A stretch of DNA of 24,906 bases from Phycisphaerae bacterium. GTDB lineage: Bacteria > Planctomycetota > Phycisphaerae > UBA1845 > UTPLA1. A model generated the notes under the pieces. That model made no database searches and was not told the origin of the DNA. It was given only the letters and a program-made list of their open reading frames with translations. Each line of letters opens with the position of its first letter. Within the stretch, counting starts at the first letter, position 1. The stretch is taken from the NCBI GenBank assembly GCA_046754005.1, contig JBHHUV010000001.1, positions 1-24,906 on the forward strand, written 5' to 3'. Shown here one piece after another: positions 6,891 to 15,902 of this stretch. The translations under genes were made by a program, and so were the position numbers.

Positions 6891-9780
6891 ACCTCCGATC
6901 GTGACCGTGAGGTGTGGACGATCCTGTGTGATACATCGATTCCTTCTCGCCTTGTGTTTGGGGGCTGCCTTGGCGTGTGGATGCGCGAAGCCGAAGAAAC
7001 CGGAGGCGGTCCAAGGGGATCGAACCCTCAGCGAGGCTCAACGGAAGCAGCTCGAACGCCGACGGCGCAGAACGGAGCGGGAGGCGAAGGATTTCGCTTC
7101 GGAGCCGATGCGATCGTTATGGGATCGTTACCTTCATGGCAGAAATACGCAGGTGTATGATGCGGTTCTGGAGAAGCGGGCCCGCCAGGCACTCACCGCA
7201 GCGACATTCGATGAGGCCTCACGACAGGCGCGGCTGGCGCTGGACAATTTCAAACAGGCCTATCCGACCGAACCGTTGGCATCGTGGGAAAGGCTGCCGG
7301 GCACCTATGAGGCGTGGGTCCAGGAACGGAATCGGCGCGATCTTGAGGACCGGAATGATCCTGTCGGCGCGGAGTTGACTCTTCCGGCTCCTCTGGAAAT
7401 TCAAGATAAACGTCTGCTTCGCCTGAATCTGGAAGTGTTAGTGGCGATGACGGAACGTTTCACCGGCAAGGCGATCGCATCGCGGGATCGATCGCGACGG
7501 GTGATTGTCGCCACCGAAAGACTTCTCGATGAGACGCGAAAATACGAGATATTGGTCCTGGCGAATTTGCAGTTGGCCCGGGCCCTGGTCGAACTCGGGC
7601 AATATCAACAGGGCCTCACCGCCGCCGCCGATACCCTCGAAATCGCGAAGCAGGCGCGCCTGGTCAATCTGGTCGGCGAGTTGAAACAAATACAATTGGA
7701 CCTGGCAATGCGGCTTGGGGACTATCGCACGGCCAACGCCCTGGCGATGGAAATCTCCGAATCCGCGCGCGCACGTGGCGATCTGGAGAGTGGGCTGAAA
7801 CATCTGCTCGTGGTAGCGCGGACTGAGAAGCTGCTGGGTCGTTGGGATAAGCTGACGGAGGTGCTTGAACAGGTCAACGGACAGTGCGTAGAGGCCATGA
7901 ACGCCTATCTCGCCGAGGCGGAAAGTCTGCTGTATCGTTCCTATCTCGTCTCGCGTGCAGACAATCCCGAAGACGCACGTGGTGCCATCTCTCTGGCCAT
8001 TCGGCGCGCCCAGTTGGCCGAGGGAGTCGATTCTGCGGACATGCTGATTACCCTGGCCGATCGCTGGATCGAGATGGACGAGGCGGATCGGGCAACAACT
8101 TTGTATGAGACTGTTGTAAAGGGAAATGCTCCGCCCGCAACGAAATGTTGGGCACTTCTGGGATTGGGTAAAACGCGACTGATCTCGGGCGAGGTGGAGT
8201 CTGCGCAGGCACCATTAGCGGAGGCCGTGCGCTTGTTCGAGCATTCGCGGTTGACGTGGAGTCTTAGCTCGTTTCGAGCCCTCTGGTCTGATCGCGGCGC
8301 CGGCATCTATGAGACCGCCATCCACCGGGCATTTCTAAGCGAACAACCGGAACGGGCGCTGCAATTGATGGAGCGGTCGCGAGCTCGAAACTTTCGAGAG
8401 CATCTGCACGGGCAAATGATAACAAAGGAACAAGGACCCGATCAGCGCCGACTGGCGGAGATCGAAGTGGAACTGGCCCGTCGACGACAGATACGGCAGG
8501 ATGCTTCGATTCTGGTGCGGGGCACCCAGAGTGAGTCGCTCGAGTTGGATGTTGAGGACATTCGAGAGGAGATGGACAGGCGTGAACAGGCGTTGCTGGT
8601 GGAGCTCAATCAACTGCGGGCACGGATGTCTTCGGTGAGTTCGTCTCAAGAGTCCGTCGATGCATTGCCAGAGATTCAGCCCTCGGTGTTGAAGGAATCA
8701 CTGGGAACAGAAGCCGTCGGCCTGGTTTATTTCATCGGCAAGGAACATTCGTATGTTTCGATCGTTACGGCGGACCGTTTGCAGACCCTTGAGTTGTCAG
8801 CGGACAGCGCAGAGGTTTTCAAACACGTGTCCGACTTTCGGAAGGCGATCGAGTCGATCGGTGATCAGCACCTGGACTACACCCCATCCCTGGACTGGCT
8901 CAGCACGCGGCTCCTGGATCCGGTCGTCCAGAACATTCCGAAGAAAGCCGTACTGGTCGTGGTGCCGCATGGCCCCATGCATTACCTTCCCTTCGGGGCA
9001 TTGAAACTGCCCGGCGGCGACTACCTCATTGTCAAACATCCCGTGGTGGTGTTACCCGCCTTGGGTGTGCTGAAGCACTGTCGTGAAATCAACCGGGGCC
9101 GACTGGAATCGGTTCTATCGGTTGGGAATCCCTCACTCCATTCGAGCCAATGGCCGGCGTTGCCTTTTGCGGAGACCGAGGCACGAGCGCTGTCGCGGCT
9201 GTTCGCGGAACAGTCCACCTTGCTGACGGGTGAACAGGCGACTGAGACGAATGTCGTGGAGGCATTTGGGGATCACGACATCATCCACCTCGGTACACAC
9301 GGCCAACTGGAAGCCCGATCGCCGAACAACAGCGCGCTGATGTTCACCAGAGGCCCGGACGACGACGGACGTCTAACCGTCCGAGAGATCCGTGAACTGA
9401 AACTTCGCGCCAATCTGATTGTTCTCAGCGCCTGCAACACGGCGCTGGGTGCGACCGAATCGGGGCGTCTGGGCGCTCCCGGCGACGATCTGGTGGGGCT
9501 TTCGCGGGCATTCATGACTGCGGGGGCACCCTCGGTGGTTTGCAGCCTGTGGCAGGTCTCGGATGAATCCACAAAGGACACCATGCTTACATTCTACAAT
9601 CACCTTCGCCGTGGCAGGAATAAGGCCGAGGCCCTGCAGTTGGCGCAGGTGGCGATGATGAGCAGGCAGGTACGCCTGCGGGTTCGCAATACAGAAGACG
9701 GATCGGTACAGGCGATCATGGTATCCGGCGACCATCCGTTCATTTGGGCCCCGTTCGAGTTGTTCGGCGACTGGCATTGA
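6868..9780 (+). CDS. TPR-CHAT domain protease (caspase/separase clan), predicted lipoprotein
   Basis: Lipobox ALACG-C (Cys at 6982), TPR-like helices and a coiled coil. CHAT motifs: LVVVPHGPMHYLPFGAL, IIHLGTHG (His 9298), IVLSACNT (Cys 9433), GLSRAFMTAGAPSVVCSLWQVSD and HPFIWAPFELFG. The exact start codon is uncertain. Confidence 0.93.
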   Translation: MMAHGKTKPPIVTVRCGRSCVIHRFLLALCLGAALACGCAKPKKPEAVQGDRTLSEAQRKQLERRRRRTEREAKDFASEPMRSLWDRYLHGRNTQVYDAVLEKRARQALTAATFDEASRQARLALDNFKQAYPTEPLASWERLPGTYEAWVQERNRRDLEDRNDPVGAELTLPAPLEIQDKRLLRLNLEVLVAMTERFTGKAIASRDRSRRVIVATERLLDETRKYEILVLANLQLARALVELGQYQQGLTAAADTLEIAKQARLVNLVGELKQIQLDLAMRLGDYRTANALAMEISESARARGDLESGLKHLLVVARTEKLLGRWDKLTEVLEQVNGQCVEAMNAYLAEAESLLYRSYLVSRADNPEDARGAISLAIRRAQLAEGVDSADMLITLADRWIEMDEADRATTLYETVVKGNAPPATKCWALLGLGKTRLISGEVESAQAPLAEAVRLFEHSRLTWSLSSFRALWSDRGAGIYETAIHRAFLSEQPERALQLMERSRARNFREHLHGQMITKEQGPDQRRLAEIEVELARRRQIRQDASILVRGTQSESLELDVEDIREEMDRREQALLVELNQLRARMSSVSSSQESVDALPEIQPSVLKESLGTEAVGLVYFIGKEHSYVSIVTADRLQTLELSADSAEVFKHVSDFRKAIESIGDQHLDYTPSLDWLSTRLLDPVVQNIPKKAVLVVVPHGPMHYLPFGALKLPGGDYLIVKHPVVVLPALGVLKHCREINRGRLESVLSVGNPSLHSSQWPALPFAETEARALSRLFAEQSTLLTGEQATETNVVEAFGDHDIIHLGTHGQLEARSPNNSALMFTRGPDDDGRLTVREIRELKLRANLIVLSACNTALGATESGRLGAPGDDLVGLSRAFMTAGAPSVVCSLWQVSDESTKDTMLTFYNHLRRGRNKAEALQLAQVAMMSRQVRLRVRNTEDGSVQAIMVSGDHPFIWAPFELFGDWH

Positions 9781-9781
9781 A

Positions 9782-9813
9782 CCGCTCGGCGCCCGGAATC
9801 GGGCGATGAGTGG
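9782..9813 (+). other. Stem-loop immediately after the CHAT stop (no U-tract)
   Basis: CCGCTC-GG-CGCCCG-GAAT-CGGGCG-AT-GAGTGG forms two 6-bp helices separated by a 2x2 internal loop. Confidence 0.45.
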
Positions 9814-9887
9814 GAATGGTGTGAATAATGATGATCCATAGCCAATCTCTCAATGATGACAAACGCGTGACGGGGCAAAGCGCCCGC

Positions 9888-10256
9888 ATGGTGAAGTGGC
9901 TCTCGCTCTCCGCTGCACTCGTCGTCTCAGGCTGTGGAACAACACAAACAGTGAGACTTGTTCACTATGAGCACGAGGATCCTGTTCAGGAGTATATGTT
10001 GAATTGGCAGCCCGAACGCGATTATCGGCCGGGTTTTGCCGCCACGGGCGCTGAGACTGAACCGCCACTCGCACACATGATCGTTTTCTATGGGCTTCTC
10101 TCGCAGGTAAAGGATCGTGTTCTCGAAGGAAGGCACTCAGAAGCGCGGCAGGGTTTACAACGGATGCAGCGGATGGGTCTGCCATTGGAGCGCGATAATA
10201 TCCAGAGAATGGTGTCGATAATTGACAAACAGGAGGAACAGACCGGCGGACCATGA
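9888..10256 (+). CDS. Small lipoprotein of unknown function (122 aa; alternative start 9828)
   Basis: MVKWLSLSAALVVSG-C lipobox. Its stop overlaps the next start (ATGA, 10253-10256). Confidence 0.7.
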   Translation: MVKWLSLSAALVVSGCGTTQTVRLVHYEHEDPVQEYMLNWQPERDYRPGFAATGAETEPPLAHMIVFYGLLSQVKDRVLEGRHSEARQGLQRMQRMGLPLERDNIQRMVSIIDKQEEQTGGP

Positions 10257-11941
10257 ACGGATGCATCGTCAATATCAATGTCTCGCGCTTGCCCGTGTCC
10301 GGACGATCGGTCCGATCCTGGATCTGCTCGATCGCCGGCCTGAGTTTCATCATGTGTGCCGGCGGATGTGCTTCGATGCCCGAGCGGGTCGCGTCGGCAA
10401 CCGACAAACTGTTGGACCAGCTTCTGCGAGAGGGAAGAATGGAGATCCTCGTATCTCGTTTCCGGTCCGACAGAGCCGTTGATCAATTCGATCGACTCGG
10501 CGAGGCCGTTCGTGAGCAAGTGATGCAGGCGATCGACCGTCGTGAGACATGGGGACGCGACGCCATACGAGTGATCTCTTCCAGCGAACCCTTCGCTTCA
10601 GACGCGATTGCATCGATCACCCGGGATAGCTCGGCCGCACTGCTTGAGGAAATTGCGGAACGAACGCATGCCACCCACGCCATTCTCGGAAGGCTGCGGC
10701 AGTCGGATGATGCCTATCACGTCAAACTGTCGGCTCTTCACCTGAGAGAGGCACGCGTGAGATCCACTGTCTCCGTATCGTTTCCCAGGTCACGCCACCT
10801 TGATGATCTGTATCACAGCAGCCTGGATACTGACCGTTCTGATGAATTGCTCCCCGACGTATCAGTCGAGCTCGTGTCAGCCGCGCGTCGGTCCGCGGCA
10901 AACCTGCTGCGAAGCAAGGAAATGGAACAGGTGGATTCGGGGTTCAAGATTGTCATCGGCGCGATCAGAGGGCCGGACGAATCCGTGATCACGAAATACG
11001 GCGATCAGTTCGGCGATTTGCTGTTGCTCGAATTGCAGGCACAGTCACAGCATCGATTCCGGCCACTGGCTCGAAAGCGCCTGTTGCACGCGCTTGCGGC
11101 ACAGCGCATCGAACATCAAGATCTGCACGTCTTCTTCGATGAGAGTAGTCTGAAACGACTGGACAGATCACTTGGTGCAGATGCGGTCGTCGTCGGGGAT
11201 GTTGTCAGGATGGGTCGCGGCGCCCAGATCACGATCGATATCGTGGATCTGGAAACCAAGGAACTGCTGGCCAGTGACGTGGCGACGCTCGCAGAGGCCC
11301 GCGGACAGGAGGACTTGTTCCGGCCCGTCGCGTCAGACGCCGGTCCGCTGGAAGTCGAGTTCGGCATATTCATGGCAGTGCCCGGCGGGCTGGTGAAACT
11401 CGAGGATGACTCGCGCATGCTGAGCGGCGCCGGCTGGAAGATGGGTTTTCAAGTCATCGAATCCTGCTATGCCTATGTATGGCAGACCGACAGCCGTGGG
11501 ATTTATCAGGCGTTGTTGCCCGGCCGACTGCCCGCTGTGAGGGATGTGACCAATCGAATCACGCCGGCTTCTCCATTCATTCTCCCGACGGGTAATGTCT
11601 GGCTACGTCTCGATCATCATACCGGCGAGGAAACATTCAGTATGCTGTTTTCGCGCGACCTCATGACCGACCTGGATCGGCTTTTGCGAAGCCTGCCGCC
11701 GGAAGGGGTTTCTCGAGAATCCACAGAGGCCCGGAAGCTGCGGGGCTATTCCAATCCCAGCGTCTTTATGCTTCGAGGTACCTCCATGCAGGCGCTCGAA
11801 CTGGAAGGCGGTGACAGCATCGAAGGCTTTTTCGATGGAAGCGACCGGAAAGACTTTCGACCTCTCGATCTGAGCGTGTTGAAGGCCGGACCCGCGGACC
11901 CAAACGTCATTCGCCATAGCGTCACCTATGGACACGAATAA
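10253..11941 (+). CDS. Lipoprotein with two FlgO/CsgG-like alpha/beta domains and a C-terminal DUF4384-like domain
   Basis: Lipobox CAGG-C. GADAVVVGDV...QITIDIVDLETKELLA is a typical FlgO/CsgG C-terminal pattern. SCYAYVWQTDSRG...LLP...ILPTGNVWLRLDHHTGEETF is a DUF4384 pattern. Confidence 0.75.
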   Translation: MNGCIVNINVSRLPVSGRSVRSWICSIAGLSFIMCAGGCASMPERVASATDKLLDQLLREGRMEILVSRFRSDRAVDQFDRLGEAVREQVMQAIDRRETWGRDAIRVISSSEPFASDAIASITRDSSAALLEEIAERTHATHAILGRLRQSDDAYHVKLSALHLREARVRSTVSVSFPRSRHLDDLYHSSLDTDRSDELLPDVSVELVSAARRSAANLLRSKEMEQVDSGFKIVIGAIRGPDESVITKYGDQFGDLLLLELQAQSQHRFRPLARKRLLHALAAQRIEHQDLHVFFDESSLKRLDRSLGADAVVVGDVVRMGRGAQITIDIVDLETKELLASDVATLAEARGQEDLFRPVASDAGPLEVEFGIFMAVPGGLVKLEDDSRMLSGAGWKMGFQVIESCYAYVWQTDSRGIYQALLPGRLPAVRDVTNRITPASPFILPTGNVWLRLDHHTGEETFSMLFSRDLMTDLDRLLRSLPPEGVSRESTEARKLRGYSNPSVFMLRGTSMQALELEGGDSIEGFFDGSDRKDFRPLDLSVLKAGPADPNVIRHSVTYGHE

Positions 11942-11956
11942 ACGGAGGCTCTCTCC

Positions 11957-13336
11957 ATGAAGACGCAATATTGCCGATCAAATTGTCGTGCGATTCTATC
12001 GCGATTTTCGGCCGCATGGGTGTTTGTCCTGTTTGCCAACACCCACGCATTCGGCGGTACTTACCTTTATCATGAAAATGATTACAAGCCGCTGCCGCCG
12101 GCGCCCATCGATTCGATCGCGGTCTATCCGATTGACTATCCTTTCCCGAACGAGGGGCTGGTCTCACTTGCCAAGACTCGATCCGGTGTGCCGACCAATG
12201 TGGAAATGCTGTATCGCCGTAGAGGGCGTGACAATCAGGGGCAGACACACAACTTTCCGCCTTATATGTACCCACGCGATCTATATGGCTATTGCTTGTA
12301 CCTCGACATCAAGGGCATGGAGAGCACCGTCAGGAATCAGAAGTGGATCTCGTGTGTGGATTTCGGACCGGACCCAAAGGCGATCGAGTTCTACGATCTC
12401 AAGCTGATGGGCCGGATGGACATCGTGCCATCGAACAAAGGCCGTAAGCAGACGATTGATCTATTGCTCACGTTGTCCTGTCCCCGAGATTTAACCTATG
12501 TTCGCCGGTTCCGTACACGCTTCGAGGCGCCGGCCTATCGACCGGGAGATGAGGGCGCCATGCTGCCGACAATCAAGACGATCAACAGGACGATTGGCGC
12601 CTGGCTGCGGGGGCAAGTCGCCGAATTGAACGGGAGCGGAATCCGTGCCTCACGCCGAGATCAGTCCAGGGACTTCATCACTGAAAAGTGGGCCGGAGAC
12701 CTGCCGAAATTCTCGCGTGAGTTGATGACCGCCCTGAAGACCCATGCCTCTCCCCGCGTAGTGAGCACATGGGCGGATGCCTGTTACGAGCGATGGCATG
12801 AATCGGGTTTGCTCTACGACGACGTTATTCGGATCATGCCGACGTTGGAGAGTAAGATGGCCGATGCGTATTGTTACGACATCTTCAGCACATGGGCGGA
12901 AAAGTACGAGAAACGGGACTCCACTATTGCCAAGGCCCGCGCGGCACAAATCGCGCTTGTCCTGCTCGCTATCGGCGCAGCGGCCGGAGGCGCCATCGTA
13001 GATCAACAAAATAATACGTCCGGCTACACTCAGGCGGGTGCAGCGGTTGCGGTGGGCGCCCTCGCGCTGACCGCGAAAGTGGAGAAAGACCTTCAACAGG
13101 ATCTCGCGAAAATTCGCCTCGATCCCAGATTCGACGTGAGCGATATTGTGGCGAGAATCGAGCGCGTAGAAGGGGGGCGATACAAGGGTTTCAAACAAAG
13201 ACTGAGTAATCGCCCCGAGAGGGCACTTGAAATTGTCAAAGAATTCTATAACACCGATCGCCAGTCTTTCGAAGAAGTGGCATCCCTGGCCTTGAATCAG
13301 CAGCGCAGTGCACTCGGCGCGTTCGCGGGCAGATAG
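11957..13336 (+). CDS. Secreted protein of unknown function with a Gly/Ala-rich hydrophobic hairpin (glycine-zipper-like)
   Basis: GGAGG RBS at 11944-11948 and a signal peptide ending THA-FG. Near the C-terminus: IALVLLAIGAAAGGAIV...YTQAGAAVAVGALAL. Confidence 0.7.
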   Translation: MKTQYCRSNCRAILSRFSAAWVFVLFANTHAFGGTYLYHENDYKPLPPAPIDSIAVYPIDYPFPNEGLVSLAKTRSGVPTNVEMLYRRRGRDNQGQTHNFPPYMYPRDLYGYCLYLDIKGMESTVRNQKWISCVDFGPDPKAIEFYDLKLMGRMDIVPSNKGRKQTIDLLLTLSCPRDLTYVRRFRTRFEAPAYRPGDEGAMLPTIKTINRTIGAWLRGQVAELNGSGIRASRRDQSRDFITEKWAGDLPKFSRELMTALKTHASPRVVSTWADACYERWHESGLLYDDVIRIMPTLESKMADAYCYDIFSTWAEKYEKRDSTIAKARAAQIALVLLAIGAAAGGAIVDQQNNTSGYTQAGAAVAVGALALTAKVEKDLQQDLAKIRLDPRFDVSDIVARIERVEGGRYKGFKQRLSNRPERALEIVKEFYNTDRQSFEEVASLALNQQRSALGAFAGR

Positions 13337-13421
13337 GTCGCCGATTTCGAAGATATATCTCTGTATTAAATCGTCACCGGTCGATCCAGCCGACGAATCC
13401 TATCAGAATCGAGCGGAGAGG

Positions 13422-13445
13422 AAAAAGGCTTGGCCGATGCCAGCC
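13422..13445 (-). terminator. Probable intrinsic terminator of the minus-strand protease operon
   Basis: The minus strand reads GGCTGGC-ATCG-GCCAAGCC-TTTTT (7-bp stem, 1-nt bulge, 5 U), about 10 nt after the TGA at 13456. Confidence 0.55.
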
Positions 13446-13455
13446 GCTCAGATGT

Positions 13456-15807
13456 TCAGGGCGATCGCATCAGAATCTTCGCGTCGTTGATGGGAACGCA
13501 GAGTCCGGTTCCCTGCTGGATGATATCCGCCGGTTCCCCCTCGGGACCGGACCCCATGATACTTCCACCCATGGCCACCACTCCGATGACTCGACCGTTC
13601 ATGTCGATGACCGGGCTGCCGCTGCTGCCCTGGTGAATCTGTGCGGTGATCTGCAACCAGGCGGGCCGGCGGGCGGCGATGATCCCGTTGGTCACGGTAA
13701 AATCGTATTCATAGGTATCGAGCGGGTTGCCGATGACGACGATCGGCTGGCCGACGACGACCTTGTCGGAGTCGCCCATTTTCAAGGGTTGCAAGTCGTC
13801 GATTTCAATTTTCAGGATGGCCAGATCGCGGGACTTGTTGGCCCGGATGATCCGTGCCGGTCGTTTCCGGCCATCGTGCAACGTGACAACGATGTGCACA
13901 TCGTCGGGCGAGACTCGGCCGCCCGGTCCATCAACACCCTCCAGCTTCGCAATCACGACGTGATGATTGGTGATGATCAGACCCGAGGCGTCGGCGATGA
14001 ATCCGCTGCTGCCGCTTTCGAGGATACGAACCTTCGGCCCATCCCTTTTAATACGCACGGGAGTCTTCTTCGATTCCCCCGCGCCGGCGTCCGCGCCACC
14101 GGACTTGTCCTCTTCGCTTTTGACGGGTTTGCTCGCTGCTCCTTCTTTTGATCCGCCTTTCGCTACCGGCCTGCCGCCCTTCAAACGATCGTTACCCGAG
14201 TGCCGTCCCGGTTTGCCTGCCAGACCGGTTTCGACTTCGACCTGAACCTTGACGCGAACACCACCCCGGGTCTGCCCTGTTTCATCATCCTTGCCGCCTG
14301 CCTGCGTTATAGCCCCACGATCACCTTCTCGGGCTGGTTGGGATTGTGCAGCCGAGCCGTCTTTATCACCCTTCTTTGCAACGCGCGGATCTTCGCTCTT
14401 CTCGTTCTTCGTGCCATCCTTCTCGGAGCCGGATGTGCCCTGATCCTTGTCCTTCCCGCCCTCCTGATCCCTCTCGGCGGTCTCCGCTTGCTTCAAGGCA
14501 TCTGCTGGAACGTCCATGAATGTACGAATGACAACGGCGCCGTTGATCGTGGCATTCACCACCTTGGAGATATCACCCCCGCCGGCCGCACGCTCACTGA
14601 GTTTTTTTCGCCAGAAGGCCTCGTCATACTGCTGCTGCTGCGGATCGATCATCTGGACGGTGATGTTGTTGCCGAAGGTCATCGGCAACAGCTTGTAATC
14701 GCGCTCCTCCGGTTCGAGCACCCTCCAAAGGGCCTCGGTGAACGAATCCACGCGACCGCGATAGTTGACCTGGTATTCAATCCATGTGGAGTCATCCTGT
14801 GGATTGGAGACCATCCGGCGCTGATTCATCGAGTGGACGCCCACGATTCCCTCGATGCGATTCTTCAAGGCGACCACCCGACCCAGGTGCGATCGATGCA
14901 GGTAAAGATTCAGATTGATCGGCATCAGGTCGCGGAAATCGCGCCACCAGGCAATGGTTCGTTTCGACAAATAATCGACGACCTTCCCCGTCGCCGCCTC
15001 CGCCGAGGCCAGTCTGGCCTGAAACTCCGTGCCGGCGGGTTTGGCAGCAACCTGTTCGTCGGCGGCGAGGTACTGAGCCCGATCACGCGTGTAGATTTTT
15101 GCTTGTACGGCAGTCTCGTAGGTAAAAAAGCCCGCGGCCATCCCTTGCAGGCTCTCCTGCACCGAGTAGAGCACCACGGCATCGCATTCGTATCGAGCGA
15201 TCAACCGCTGGGCCAGTTCGTCACCGGGCATCGGCTGGCGTTCGGAATACCTGGAGAATTGCAGGGCTCGCTGTGCCAGCGCGGAGATCTCCCGGGCCCG
15301 CTTCGTCTCGAATACATTGAATTTCTTCTCGGTAAACTGTTTGATGAGCTGGTTTTCGACCCGACGAGCCTGCACCTCCTCCCATCGCTGCTCTGGATCA
15401 TACACGATCATGATACGCGGCATATCGACGGACGCCTGCAACAGACGTAAGTTGGTCAGGGCCTTCGCAAGACGTGCGTCGTCGACCTCCGCCTCGATTG
15501 TCACACGAAGCCGCGTGCCGCGCTGTCGTGAATCCTTCTCTGTGTACTTCAGAACGAAGGAAGAGGCTTCAGCCAGAATGTCGTCTTCGATCGTACCTTC
15601 GTGTTCCAAAACGGCATCCGGGCCCAATCGTTTCTCGATCGCCCTGCGAACCGCATCGCGAACCGCCTCACTCAATGCCGTCTTCCTCGCGTCTCCCGGC
15701 GCCGTCACGTTGGACGATCCACGGCCGATGTACATGTCGGCGCGTCCACGCGAAGCAACGGCCATGCTACCAGTCAACAGGATGATCAGAATCAGTCGCT
15801 GCCTCAT
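13456..15807 (-). CDS. Secreted FlgT-N/CsgG-like scaffold fused to a trypsin-like (S1C/HtrA-type) serine protease, no PDZ (783 aa)
   Basis: GGGAGA RBS before ATG 15807 and signal peptide MRQRLILIILLTGSMAVASRGRA; the ORF-track start 16023 is probably too long. ARKTALSEAVRDAVRRAIE...LRVTIEAEVD is FlgT_N/LPP20-like. The catalytic triad is present: TNHHVV, RDLAILKI, GSSGSPV. Confidence 0.85.
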   Translation of the reverse strand: MRQRLILIILLTGSMAVASRGRADMYIGRGSSNVTAPGDARKTALSEAVRDAVRRAIEKRLGPDAVLEHEGTIEDDILAEASSFVLKYTEKDSRQRGTRLRVTIEAEVDDARLAKALTNLRLLQASVDMPRIMIVYDPEQRWEEVQARRVENQLIKQFTEKKFNVFETKRAREISALAQRALQFSRYSERQPMPGDELAQRLIARYECDAVVLYSVQESLQGMAAGFFTYETAVQAKIYTRDRAQYLAADEQVAAKPAGTEFQARLASAEAATGKVVDYLSKRTIAWWRDFRDLMPINLNLYLHRSHLGRVVALKNRIEGIVGVHSMNQRRMVSNPQDDSTWIEYQVNYRGRVDSFTEALWRVLEPEERDYKLLPMTFGNNITVQMIDPQQQQYDEAFWRKKLSERAAGGGDISKVVNATINGAVVIRTFMDVPADALKQAETAERDQEGGKDKDQGTSGSEKDGTKNEKSEDPRVAKKGDKDGSAAQSQPAREGDRGAITQAGGKDDETGQTRGGVRVKVQVEVETGLAGKPGRHSGNDRLKGGRPVAKGGSKEGAASKPVKSEEDKSGGADAGAGESKKTPVRIKRDGPKVRILESGSSGFIADASGLIITNHHVVIAKLEGVDGPGGRVSPDDVHIVVTLHDGRKRPARIIRANKSRDLAILKIEIDDLQPLKMGDSDKVVVGQPIVVIGNPLDTYEYDFTVTNGIIAARRPAWLQITAQIHQGSSGSPVIDMNGRVIGVVAMGGSIMGSGPEGEPADIIQQGTGLCVPINDAKILMRSP

Positions 15808-15902
15808 CGATGTGTCTCCCAATGCGGCCATTATGAGCGACCATAATCCGTCGTCCGGCGTCGATCCGGGAAGGGATCCCGGACGGCGTCTCGGAATGAC
15901 GA

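Noticed and set aside
6868-9780. Craspase (type III-E CRISPR) or gasdermin-linked CHAT system
   Set aside because: No Cas7-11, Csx30/31 or recognisable gasdermin is present in the window, and this CHAT appears to be exported.
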